DNA of 64,000 nt from an uncultured Bacillales bacterium. GTDB lineage: Bacteria > Bacillota_I > Bacilli_A > RFN20 > CAG-826. The DNA is taken from assembly GCA_905197045.1 (NCBI GenBank), contig CAJJXG010000002.1, forward strand, positions 1,312 to 65,311, given 5' to 3'. Positions 29,764 to 38,927 of this stretch are shown here, piece after piece. A program made the translations under genes and the position numbers. The notes under the pieces were generated by a model, which saw only the letters and a program-made list of their open reading frames with translations, had not been told where the DNA came from and did no database searches. Within the stretch, counting starts at the first letter, position 1, and each line of letters opens with the position of its first letter.

Positions 29764-32646
29764 ATGGATGAGCGTTTAAACAAAATTTATAAAGGAACAT
29801 CAAGACAGATATATTTAGAATTAGAAACAAGTGCCCATGGCTTAACTAGTGAAGAAGCTAAAAGGCGTTTAGAAACTTATGGACCTAATGAAATTGCTAA
29901 AAAAGAGAAAAACAACGTTTTAAAGTTATTTTTTAAAAACTTTGTTTCAATGCTAGCAATTTTACTTTGGGTTGCAGGAACTATTGCAATTATATCTTGC
30001 TTTATTGCTAGCGAATCTCCATCAAGTATTGGAGTTTTAAAAGATCCAGGAATGTTATATCTTGGTCTTGCTATTTATCTTGTAAACATCATTAATGGTG
30101 TTTTTTCTTTTGTGCAACAATTTAAAGCGAATAAATCAACAGAAGCTTTATCAAAAATGCTTCCGACCTATGCTCGAGTGATAAGAAATGGGGAAGAAAT
30201 TCAAATTGAAGCTAAAGATTTAGTAATCGGAGATGTTGTTGTTTTGCAAGAAGGGGATAAGATTTCAGCAGATGCTAGAATTATTAACTGTAATGACTTT
30301 ACCTGTAATCAATCAACATTAGATGGAGAAGCAACTCCAGCTAGAAAACAATATGAAGCTTTAAAGGAAGATCCAGAAAGTTCAATTAGAGCAAAAAATA
30401 TTGTTTATGCTGGAACAAGCGTTTCAACAGGAACTGCAAGATGTGTTGTTTTTGCAACTGGCATGAATACTGAATTTGGTAAGATTGCTTCTTTAACTCA
30501 ACAAATCGATGATAAAAAATCACCTCTTGAATTAGAAGTTGAAAAAATGACTAAAACTATTGCGATGATTGCTCTTTCAATTGGAGCGGTTGTTTTAGTT
30601 TTAGGAATTGTAATTAATGGATTTGCCACTAATCAATTTGCCTCACCAACCTTATATTTAAATCAATTTGTTACGGCTTTAGGTATGGTCGTGGCCTTTA
30701 TTCCAGAAGGTTTATCACCAACTGTTTCTTTATCTCTTGCTAAAGCCGTTCAACGTTTAGCAAAAGAAGGAGCGTTAATTAAAAATTTATCAAGTGCCGA
30801 AACTCTTGGTTCAACTAGTGTTATATGTTCTGATAAAACTGGTACTTTAACAAAAAATGAAATGACAGTTAAATATCTTTATTTAATTAACCGAGAATAT
30901 GTAGTAACCGGAGAAGGCTATGACATTAAAGGCGAAATTTTAGATCAAAATGGCAAAAGAGTTACTGCCATGGATAGCTTAGATTTAAAGCTTTTATTAA
31001 TGTGTGGCGCTTTATGTTCAAATGCTAAAATTGTTCTTGATGAAAATAAAAGATTTAAGGTTTTAGGTGATCCTACTGAAGCTTGTCTAGGAGTAGTAAG
31101 TGAAAAAGGCTTATTAAACGCACAAAATCAATTACGAATTACTCCACGAATTAGAGAATTAACTTTTGATTCAACTCGAAAAATGATGACAACTATTCAT
31201 CAACTTGAAGAGCAAATTGAAGGATCACAAAGAGTTTCGTTTACAAAAGGTTCTCCAAAAGAAGTTTTAGATAAATGTAAGTATATTTTTGAAAACGGGA
31301 AAGCTAGAAAAATAAATGAAGAAGACCGCAAAAAGATCATGGAAAACAATGATAATTTTGCCAAAAATGGTCTACGTGTTTTAGGCATGGCCTTCCGTTT
31401 ATTAAAAAAAGATGGAAAATTACCATTAGCTTTAAGTGCTTATACTCCAGATATTATTGAAACTGATATGTGCTTTTTAGGCTTAGAAGCAATGCAAGAT
31501 CCACCTAGAGAAGGTGTTAAAGAAGCGATTAAAGAATGTCATAAAGCTGGAATTAAAGTTATTATGATAACTGGTGATTATTCATTGACCGCTTTAGCAA
31601 TTGCTAAACACATTGGAATTGTAAAAGAAAAAAATCCACGTGTTATTTCTGGTCCAGAATTAAATAATATCGATGATGAAACGTTAAAAGAATATTTGAA
31701 GGATGAAATAATTTTTGCCCGAATGGCTCCTGATCAAAAATATCGTATTGTTTCTCTTCTTCAAGATTTAGGAGAAATTGTTGCAGTTACAGGGGATGGT
31801 GTAAATGATGCTCCAGCCTTAAAAAAAGCCAATATTGGTATTGCAATGGGTATAACTGGAACTGATGTAGCAAAAGAAGCAGCTGACATGATCTTAACCG
31901 ATGATAACTTTGCTTCAATTGTTAAAGCAGTAAAAGAAGGTCGTGCAATTTTTGATAACATTAAAAAGTTTATTACCTATATCTTTAACTCTAATATTCC
32001 AGAAGCCATCCCATTCCTTTTACCACTTTTAACAATTAATGCTCTTCCTCCAATGCTCACCATTTTAGAGGTTTTATTAATTGATATTGGTACAGATATG
32101 CTCCCAGCTCTTGCTTTAGGAAGTGAAAAACCAAGTGATAACATCATGGATCGCCCTCCAAGAAAAATTAATGAACATCTCATCACTAAAAAGTTATATG
32201 GTAAAGCTTTATATTATGGACTTCAAACTTCTATTTTATGTGTAGCGGCTTATTTTATCTTCCTAGCTTTCTATGCGTTAGATAATAATTTACCATTTAC
32301 TTTCTATAATCAAACAAATAATGAAGCAGTTTGGATGATGTCAACAACAGTTGTCCTTGCAAGTATTATTTTCTGTCAAATTGGTATAGTTTATAATTGT
32401 AGAAGTGATGAAACTAGTATCTTTAAATTAGGACTTACCTCAAATAAAGAAGTTCTTTATGGTATTGTTGCTGAAATAATCTTATTAATGATAGTAACTT
32501 ATGTTCCTTTCATTAATACGGAAGTCTTTGAAACAAATCAAATCTTAGATTATAAGATTTGGCTTATTATCTTTACATTCCCATTCATAGTTATTGGAAT
32601 TGATGAAACAAGAAAATATTTTATTAGAAGGAGAAAGGCAAAATGA
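29764..32646 (+). CDS. P-type cation-transporting ATPase, type II with Na,K-ATPase-like (P2C-like) membrane motifs
   Basis: 960 aa with the Cation_ATPase_N motif LTSEEAKRRLETYGPNEI. Core motifs are CSDKTGTLT, KGSPKE, DPPR, MITGD and TGDGVNDAPALKKA. TM4 is IPEGL, TM5 is YIFNSNIPEAIPFLL and TM6 is LIDIGTDMLPALALGSEKPSDNIMDRPPR. Confidence 0.9.
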   Translation: MDERLNKIYKGTSRQIYLELETSAHGLTSEEAKRRLETYGPNEIAKKEKNNVLKLFFKNFVSMLAILLWVAGTIAIISCFIASESPSSIGVLKDPGMLYLGLAIYLVNIINGVFSFVQQFKANKSTEALSKMLPTYARVIRNGEEIQIEAKDLVIGDVVVLQEGDKISADARIINCNDFTCNQSTLDGEATPARKQYEALKEDPESSIRAKNIVYAGTSVSTGTARCVVFATGMNTEFGKIASLTQQIDDKKSPLELEVEKMTKTIAMIALSIGAVVLVLGIVINGFATNQFASPTLYLNQFVTALGMVVAFIPEGLSPTVSLSLAKAVQRLAKEGALIKNLSSAETLGSTSVICSDKTGTLTKNEMTVKYLYLINREYVVTGEGYDIKGEILDQNGKRVTAMDSLDLKLLLMCGALCSNAKIVLDENKRFKVLGDPTEACLGVVSEKGLLNAQNQLRITPRIRELTFDSTRKMMTTIHQLEEQIEGSQRVSFTKGSPKEVLDKCKYIFENGKARKINEEDRKKIMENNDNFAKNGLRVLGMAFRLLKKDGKLPLALSAYTPDIIETDMCFLGLEAMQDPPREGVKEAIKECHKAGIKVIMITGDYSLTALAIAKHIGIVKEKNPRVISGPELNNIDDETLKEYLKDEIIFARMAPDQKYRIVSLLQDLGEIVAVTGDGVNDAPALKKANIGIAMGITGTDVAKEAADMILTDDNFASIVKAVKEGRAIFDNIKKFITYIFNSNIPEAIPFLLPLLTINALPPMLTILEVLLIDIGTDMLPALALGSEKPSDNIMDRPPRKINEHLITKKLYGKALYYGLQTSILCVAAYFIFLAFYALDNNLPFTFYNQTNNEAVWMMSTTVVLASIIFCQIGIVYNCRSDETSIFKLGLTSNKEVLYGIVAEIILLMIVTYVPFINTEVFETNQILDYKIWLIIFTFPFIVIGIDETRKYFIRRRKAK

Positions 32647-33293
32647 AAATATTAATAATTGGTTGTGGTAAACTTGGTGCCGGACTTGCTATTGAATTAT
32701 ATAAAAGAGGACATAGTGTTAATGTAATCGATAAAGATGAAGAAAGTTTTTATCGCTTAGGAGCTGATTTTAATGGTCTTACAGTGCTAGGAAATGGATA
32801 TGATAAAGACACTTTAGAAGAAGCTGAAATTGAATATTGTGATGCTTTAGTTTGTGCAACTGGGAATGACGATATTAATGCAGTGGCTGCTAAAATTGGA
32901 AAAGACAAATACTTTGTAAAATACGTTATTGCTCGTTTATATAACCCTAAAAAAGGTAAAGTATTTGAAGCACAAGGCATAAAAACAATCTCAACTACAG
33001 GTTATAGCATTAACCGTGCAATTGAACTTTTATCTTTTAATATGATGGATAGTGTTCAACTTCTTGGAGCTGATGCAAGTAGTGAAATCGTTCGTATTAT
33101 GGCAACTCCTTCGATTGATGGATTAACTTTAAAAGAGTTAGAAAACGAAAAAGATTTTAAATTAATTGCAATTGTTCGAGATGGTTCATCTTTTATTCCG
33201 CAAGCTGAAGATATAGTAATGACTCACGACATCTTATATTTTGTAACTAAAGTTGATGCTAAACGTCGTCTTAAGATGTTTCTTGGAATTTAA
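32643..33293 (+). CDS. RCK-domain protein (TrkA/KtrA-like, TrkA_N + TrkA_C)
   Basis: 216 aa with MKILIIGCGKLGAGLA...VNVIDKD (Rossmann GxGxxG). Its ATG overlaps the ATPase stop (ATGA). Confidence 0.85.
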   Translation: MKILIIGCGKLGAGLAIELYKRGHSVNVIDKDEESFYRLGADFNGLTVLGNGYDKDTLEEAEIEYCDALVCATGNDDINAVAAKIGKDKYFVKYVIARLYNPKKGKVFEAQGIKTISTTGYSINRAIELLSFNMMDSVQLLGADASSEIVRIMATPSIDGLTLKELENEKDFKLIAIVRDGSSFIPQAEDIVMTHDILYFVTKVDAKRRLKMFLGI

Positions 33294-33305
33294 GGGAGGC
33301 TAAAT

Positions 33306-33977
33306 ATGTACGTTGTTATTATTGGTGGTGGACAAATCGGTTCTTACATGGCCGACCTATTAAAAAGAAACAAACTCGATTTTGTAGTTATCGATTCAGT
33401 TAGATCAAATATTGAAAAACTACTTAAAAAATTTGGCGAAGAACATGTTTGTTTAGGAGATGGCACAGATCCTAATGTTTTAGCAAGTGTTAAAATTGAA
33501 ACAGCCGATGTTGTTGCTTGTGTTACCGGAAGAGATGAAACCAATCTTGTTGCTTCAACTGTTGCTAAATTTGAGTTTAATTGTTCACGAGTTGTAGCTA
33601 GAGTTAATAACCCAAATAATGCTTGGCTATTTAATGTTGGGATGGGGGTTGATGCAGCTATTAACCAAGCTGATATCATTGGACACATTGTTGTTGAAGA
33701 AATGTCGATGAAAAACTTTATGACTTTGATGAAACTATCAAAAGGCGATCATTCAATTATTCAACTTGTGGCTAGTGAAAATTCTGAGGCTGCTGGTAAA
33801 AAGATTAAAGAACTTAAACTACCAAAATCTGTTTTACTTATTGCAATTTATCATGGTGATGATTTTGTTGTTCCAAATGGAGAAACAACTATTTTCCCAG
33901 GGGACAGAATCATGCTTTTCTCTGGTGAAGGCATATATCATGAATTAGTAAGAATTTTTTCTGGAAATGTAAATTAA
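33306..33977 (+). CDS. RCK-domain protein (TrkA/KtrA-like), second copy
   Basis: 223 aa with MYVVIIGGGQIGSYMA...VVIDS, a C-terminal TrkA_C-like segment and a GGGAGG RBS. Confidence 0.85.
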   Translation: MYVVIIGGGQIGSYMADLLKRNKLDFVVIDSVRSNIEKLLKKFGEEHVCLGDGTDPNVLASVKIETADVVACVTGRDETNLVASTVAKFEFNCSRVVARVNNPNNAWLFNVGMGVDAAINQADIIGHIVVEEMSMKNFMTLMKLSKGDHSIIQLVASENSEAAGKKIKELKLPKSVLLIAIYHGDDFVVPNGETTIFPGDRIMLFSGEGIYHELVRIFSGNVN

Positions 33978-33995
33978 AAAATACGAAAAAAGCAA

Positions 33996-34040
33996 ATAAG
34001 CCTGCAAAATAATTGAGTTTTGCAGGCTTATTTATTTTTT
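33996..34040 (+). terminator. rho-independent terminator after the ATPase/RCK operon
   Basis: ATAAGCCTGCAAAA-taattgag-TTTTGCAGGCTTAT followed by TTATTTTTT. Confidence 0.85.
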
Positions 34041-34192
34041 AAGTAGTTAATTTTATTGTTTATTTCTCTAACAATTTCGATTAATTAAAAAGTTTTAAAT
34101 AGTTTGATACCTACAAAAATGACATACGTCATAATAAACTTAATTTGCTATAATTTTTATAGCAAAAAATTTTTAAATTTCAGGGGAAGGGT

Positions 34193-36526
34193 ATGAAAAG
34201 AAGAATTTCAATAATAATGTCAGCGTTAGCTCTTTTTTCACTTGTTGGTTGTAGTGGAGCAAACGGTAAAGATGGAGTTAACGGCAAAGATGGCGTAGAT
34301 GGGAAAGATGGGATTTCTATTGTCTCAATAGAATTAACAGATACTGAAGGATTGGAAGATACTTACACAATTACATATTCTAATAATTCAACATCGACTT
34401 TTGTTGTTACCAATGGAGCAGATGGAGCTCAAGGTATTCAAGGTGAACCTGGTAAAGATGGACATACTCCAATAGTTGAAATTAATGAAAACGGATATTG
34501 GGTAATTGACGGCGAAGTTACTGAAATTTTAGCTAAAGGCGAAAAAGGTGACAAAGGTGATGAAGGCGCTCCGGGAAAAGATGGAACTTCTTGCTTTAAT
34601 GGTAGCGGAAAACCTTTAGTTACTCTTGGGAATGATGGTGATTCTTATATTGATACTGATACTTAGGACTTTTATGTAAAAGTTGAAGGAGTTTGGATTA
34701 AAAAAGGAAATATAAAAGGTGAAGATGGAAAATTTATTGAAAAAATTGAATATAAATCAAGCAATGGGAACGTTGATATTTATACAATTACTTTTTCTGA
34801 TGGATCAACTATTGATTTTGAAATAACTAATAAAGAGACGATAGAAGAGACTTTTGATATTACTTTTGATCCTAATGGAGGAGTGTTACCTTCACATTTA
34901 GTGGAAAGTGATTATCAAGATCTAAAAGAAGGCGCTTTTGTACGTTTACCAACTCCTTATAGAGAAGGATTTAACTTTGATGGCTGGTATATGAGCAAAA
35001 CTTATCGAGCTACAAAGGTAAATGAATCTACTTATGTTTATGATAATCTCAATCTTGTGGCTAGATGGATTGAAGACGTTCCTGCCGCTGATATTGGAGA
35101 TAGTGATTGTGAAACTATCATCAAATACTTGTATTATCTTATAAGACCAGAAAATATAACTAACGAAATTAATAATGAACTACAAAGTTACTTAGATAGA
35201 ATTTGGTTTGAAAGTGTTAGAAATGATTTAGTTGATGTTTATAACGAAGCCTTAGAATGGCTATATACACTCGATGCCGATTTAAGTATTTTTGATGAAA
35301 AATTTCAGTATATGATTGAAGTGGCTGAACCAGTTAAAGACTTGTTATTAGGATACAATTTAGAAACTACTTATTATTCAATTATTAGTGAGACAATGAC
35401 TGGAAACTTAACAAACAAACAATTAATAGATCTTCAAGATAAAATTAGTGATGTAGTTTTTCAAGCCGAAAGAATTCTAAATAGAAATTATGAAAATTAT
35501 AAAAACAATTGGGAGAACTTACCACTCACATTAGATAAAACTTATGATTTCATAAATACTATTTTAAGTAATTTGGATTCATCCACGCCTACAGGTGCAA
35601 ATTATTTAGAAGAGTTTAAAAACGATTTTGAAGTAATTAAAGAAGAGTACATTAATGCAGGCCCTAGCATGATTACTTATACTGAAACAGTAGAAGGCAA
35701 ACTTGATGCTTTATTTTATGAAATAAGTGTTAAGATTTTAAATTTGGTCTCTGATGAATCGAATCGAGGTTTAATTGTTGATAAGTTCAATGAATATGCA
35801 TCGCTAATTAAACAAGAATTAATTGCTAAATACGAATTAGATGATTATTGTGAATTTTTAAATTCATATGATAGAGATTTAGATCAAATTTCAAATGAAA
35901 TAGCTTTTTCTAGCGATGCTGCATCCATAAAAACGTATATTGTAAAGGCAATTTTTACTTTTTGTGAATATTATATATGCTTACCTGCTACCTATGTAAT
36001 GAAATTAAATCTTAATATAAATACATATTCTTTATTTGCGCCAATTGAAACTGAAATTTTGGAAGTTGGATATTTAATGCCAATAGATATTACTGATATA
36101 GTAAATTTAATTTCAGAAAAAGGATTTGTTTTTAAGAGATTCGTGGTATCATCACCACTTGTTGGTGGAGAAGTTGAAAGTTCAGAAGACTTTATATTCA
36201 GTGTGGATGATAAGAAATATTTTAGGATTAACTATATAGCTCCTTTCAATACTTATCCAGAATTTGATGTTACATTTGATATTGAAATAGTAGATGTTGA
36301 TTTAGCTCGACAAGCAGTAAATGATTATTTCGAAAATACGATTGTCAATGAGTTAAAAAATAATTGCTTAGAAAACGAGATTGACTTCACAGTTTTTGAA
36401 ATAGAGATAAACGATGTTAAAAGCGAAATTAGCGCTCTTCAACTTGGAAGTAATTTTAACGATTATCTCTCTGCATTATCTAGATTAAAAGCTGCATATA
36501 ATAGAGAGTTAACTGCAGCCAAATAG
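34193..36526 (+). pseudogene. collagen-like surface lipoprotein, single frame interrupted by an in-frame TAG at 34664-34666
   Basis: Lipobox LVGCSG, then GxY repeats GANGKDGVNGKDGVDGKDG and GAQGIQGEPGKDG. The ORFs 34193..34666 and 34883..36526 are in the same frame. The 72 codons between them are open and read DFYVKVEGVWIKKGNIKGEDG...FDPNGGVLP...GFNFDGWY (Listeria-Bacteroides repeat-like). Confidence 0.7.
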
Positions 36527-36569
36527 CCATAAAAAGCTTAAAAAATTCTATAAAACCTGCAAAACTTCA

Positions 36570-37772
36570 TTATTTTGCAATTTCTTCTTTTTGATTTGGT
36601 TTAGTTAATTTATTAACAAGTTCATTGCTTATTACTGATAAAACAAGCACACCAATAATTACATAAGGAAGGATTAAAAAACTTGTGTTTTTGCCAACGA
36701 CTCCAAAAAGAGGAGCAAAAGTGACATTTGCAATATAAGCAAATCCCATTTGAATAGACATTACAGATTGAGAGTGCTCTACCGTAAAGCGGGTAGGAGT
36801 TGAATGAATTATTGCTGGATAAATAGGTGCACAACCAAAACCAACTAGTACTAAAGCAACAGGCATTAAATAAACATTAAATTGCATGCACATTAAAATT
36901 AAACCAAGAAGAATTATGCCTTCTCCAATTCTAATTAAATTTTTATCGTTTATTTTTAAGGAGACAACTCCTGATAGTAATCGTCCTACCATAATTCCAA
37001 TATAAAATAAGGCGGCCCAGTTAGCTGCAGTATTTTCAGCTACGCCCATATTAAAAACTACCATTGAAGAGAACCAATTAGCAGTGGTTTGTTCAATTGC
37101 AATATAGCAGAAAAAGCCAATTAAAGCTGGAATAACTCCTCTTAATTTAAAAGTTTTTAATAAACTAGTATTAATTTTATTTTCTTCTTGATTATCTTTT
37201 TTATCTCTTGATTCAAACTCTAATTCCGCTTTTTTCCAAACTTTAATACTTATAAGACAAATTAACCAAATAACAGTTTGAATTATGGCAAGACAAAGTG
37301 CACCATTTCGCCATCCATTAATGTCAGTTAAAAAAGCTCCACAAATTAAAGGAGAAACTGAAGCGCCAACTCCCCAAAAAGCATGTAACCAGTTAAGATG
37401 AATTGCTTTATAGTTAACAGCAACATAATTATTTAAAGTTGAATCAATGGCTCCAGCTCCAAGTCCTAAAGGAATGGCACTTAAAACGATTAAAACAAAA
37501 TTTGGTGAAAAAGAAATGCAAAGTAAACCAATGGCTGTTAATAAAATCGAGATTAAAACAACCCCTTTTGCAGTTAATAATTTAACTAGTTTAACTGTTA
37601 AAAAAGATGAAATAATTGTACAAAATGAAACGACAAAGGTAAGAATTCCTTGAAAATCAGCTCCTATTCCTAAAGATTGAGAAATAGCTGGCCAAGAGGA
37701 AGCTACTAAGGAATCAGGTAAACCAAGAGATATAAATATAAGATAAATAATAAGTAAGAGTAGTGTTGCCAT
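36570..37772 (-). CDS. MFS transporter
   Basis: 400 aa with about 12 predicted TM helices in a 6+6 arrangement around a central charged loop (ESRDKKDNQEENK). Confidence 0.75.
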   Translation of the reverse strand: MATLLLLIIYLIFISLGLPDSLVASSWPAISQSLGIGADFQGILTFVVSFCTIISSFLTVKLVKLLTAKGVVLISILLTAIGLLCISFSPNFVLIVLSAIPLGLGAGAIDSTLNNYVAVNYKAIHLNWLHAFWGVGASVSPLICGAFLTDINGWRNGALCLAIIQTVIWLICLISIKVWKKAELEFESRDKKDNQEENKINTSLLKTFKLRGVIPALIGFFCYIAIEQTTANWFSSMVVFNMGVAENTAANWAALFYIGIMVGRLLSGVVSLKINDKNLIRIGEGIILLGLILMCMQFNVYLMPVALVLVGFGCAPIYPAIIHSTPTRFTVEHSQSVMSIQMGFAYIANVTFAPLFGVVGKNTSFLILPYVIIGVLVLSVISNELVNKLTKPNQKEEIAK

Positions 37773-37857
37773 AAGTGAACCCCGCGCAATAACCTTAATA
37801 TTTTAATGAAACATGTTTTATAAATAAATATAATTTGGAAATTTTACATTTTTTTAC

Positions 37858-38814
37858 TTATTGACTATTTTTTTCTTTCTTTTTCTTATTTTTCCGATAA
37901 GAGAAGGTGAACCATTCACTTGGTAAAATTGATAAAGTGACCGCAATAAACATAACGATACAGCCAATTGTTTGCTGAAGATTTAAATATTGAGGAACAT
38001 CACTAAATTTATAAAAAGTGTAAATTATTACGCCAGTTAAACTAGCAAATACACTTTCTAAAGACATTAATAGACTAGCTAAAGTTGGATTTAAAACTTT
38101 TTGAGTAACAACTTGAATGGTATAGGCAAGTCCATTTGAAAATATACCAAGAAAAAGAATAGGTAAAATCGCTTCTTTAATTAAGTCAAGATCAATTGTT
38201 TCTAAAGCAATAAAAGGAGCAGTAATAAGGCCACTTACTGTCATTTGAATAAGCATTAAAAGAAATATATTTGCTTTTAAAGAAGAGCGATCAATAGTAA
38301 TAATTTGAAAAGAAAAGAAGACTGATCCAATAAAAAGATAGATATCTCCACTTTCTAAAATAAAACTAGAATTTAAGGTTAAAAGACCTAATCCAATTAA
38401 AGCAATAACAATAGCTAGATAAACATTTTTACCACATTTTTTCTTAAAAAAGAGAGAAAATAAAGGGACTAAAATAATATAAAAAGCAGTGATAAATCCA
38501 CTTTTTGAAGTGCTTGTTGTCGAAATGCCAAGTTGTTGAAAAATACTTGCTAAGGCGAGGAAAAACCCTGCAAAAACCCCACCAATTACAGATATTTTAT
38601 AATTAATCGCTTTATTTTCTTTCTTGTTTTTAAAAAGAGAAAATAAAGCAATTGGAAGTAAAAATAAAGCAGCTATTAAACTTCTAAAGGTGTTTATTGA
38701 AAAGGTTCCTAAACTATTAGAAGCCATTGATTGAAAAACAAAAGAGATACCCCATAAAAAGGAGGCAAAGATTAATAAAAAGAAATTTAAAAAGAACTCT
38801 CTTTTATTAGACAT
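37858..38814 (-). CDS. DMT-superfamily (EamA-type) transporter
   Basis: 318 aa with about 10 TM helices in two similar halves, typical of a duplicated EamA domain, and a Lys-rich tail. Confidence 0.7.
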   Translation of the reverse strand: MSNKREFFLNFFLLIFASFLWGISFVFQSMASNSLGTFSINTFRSLIAALFLLPIALFSLFKNKKENKAINYKISVIGGVFAGFFLALASIFQQLGISTTSTSKSGFITAFYIILVPLFSLFFKKKCGKNVYLAIVIALIGLGLLTLNSSFILESGDIYLFIGSVFFSFQIITIDRSSLKANIFLLMLIQMTVSGLITAPFIALETIDLDLIKEAILPILFLGIFSNGLAYTIQVVTQKVLNPTLASLLMSLESVFASLTGVIIYTFYKFSDVPQYLNLQQTIGCIVMFIAVTLSILPSEWFTFSYRKNKKKKEKNSQ

Positions 38815-38927
38815 ACGTGTTATTTTATAACTTTGAAAGATAGAGAGTGAATACTTTTTAAAATTCTTTGAATATTTTCTGACGCTTAAGTGATAAAATT
38901 TGTATTAATTAATGAAATTAATTAACG

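Noticed and set aside
34664-34666. In-frame TAG as evidence for amber reassignment or recoding (Pyl/Gln-type code)
   Set aside because: pyk (1483..2946) terminates on TAG at a position matching the normal pyruvate kinase C-terminus. No other long gene in the window needs TAG read-through. A single nonsense change or a sequencing error is more parsimonious.
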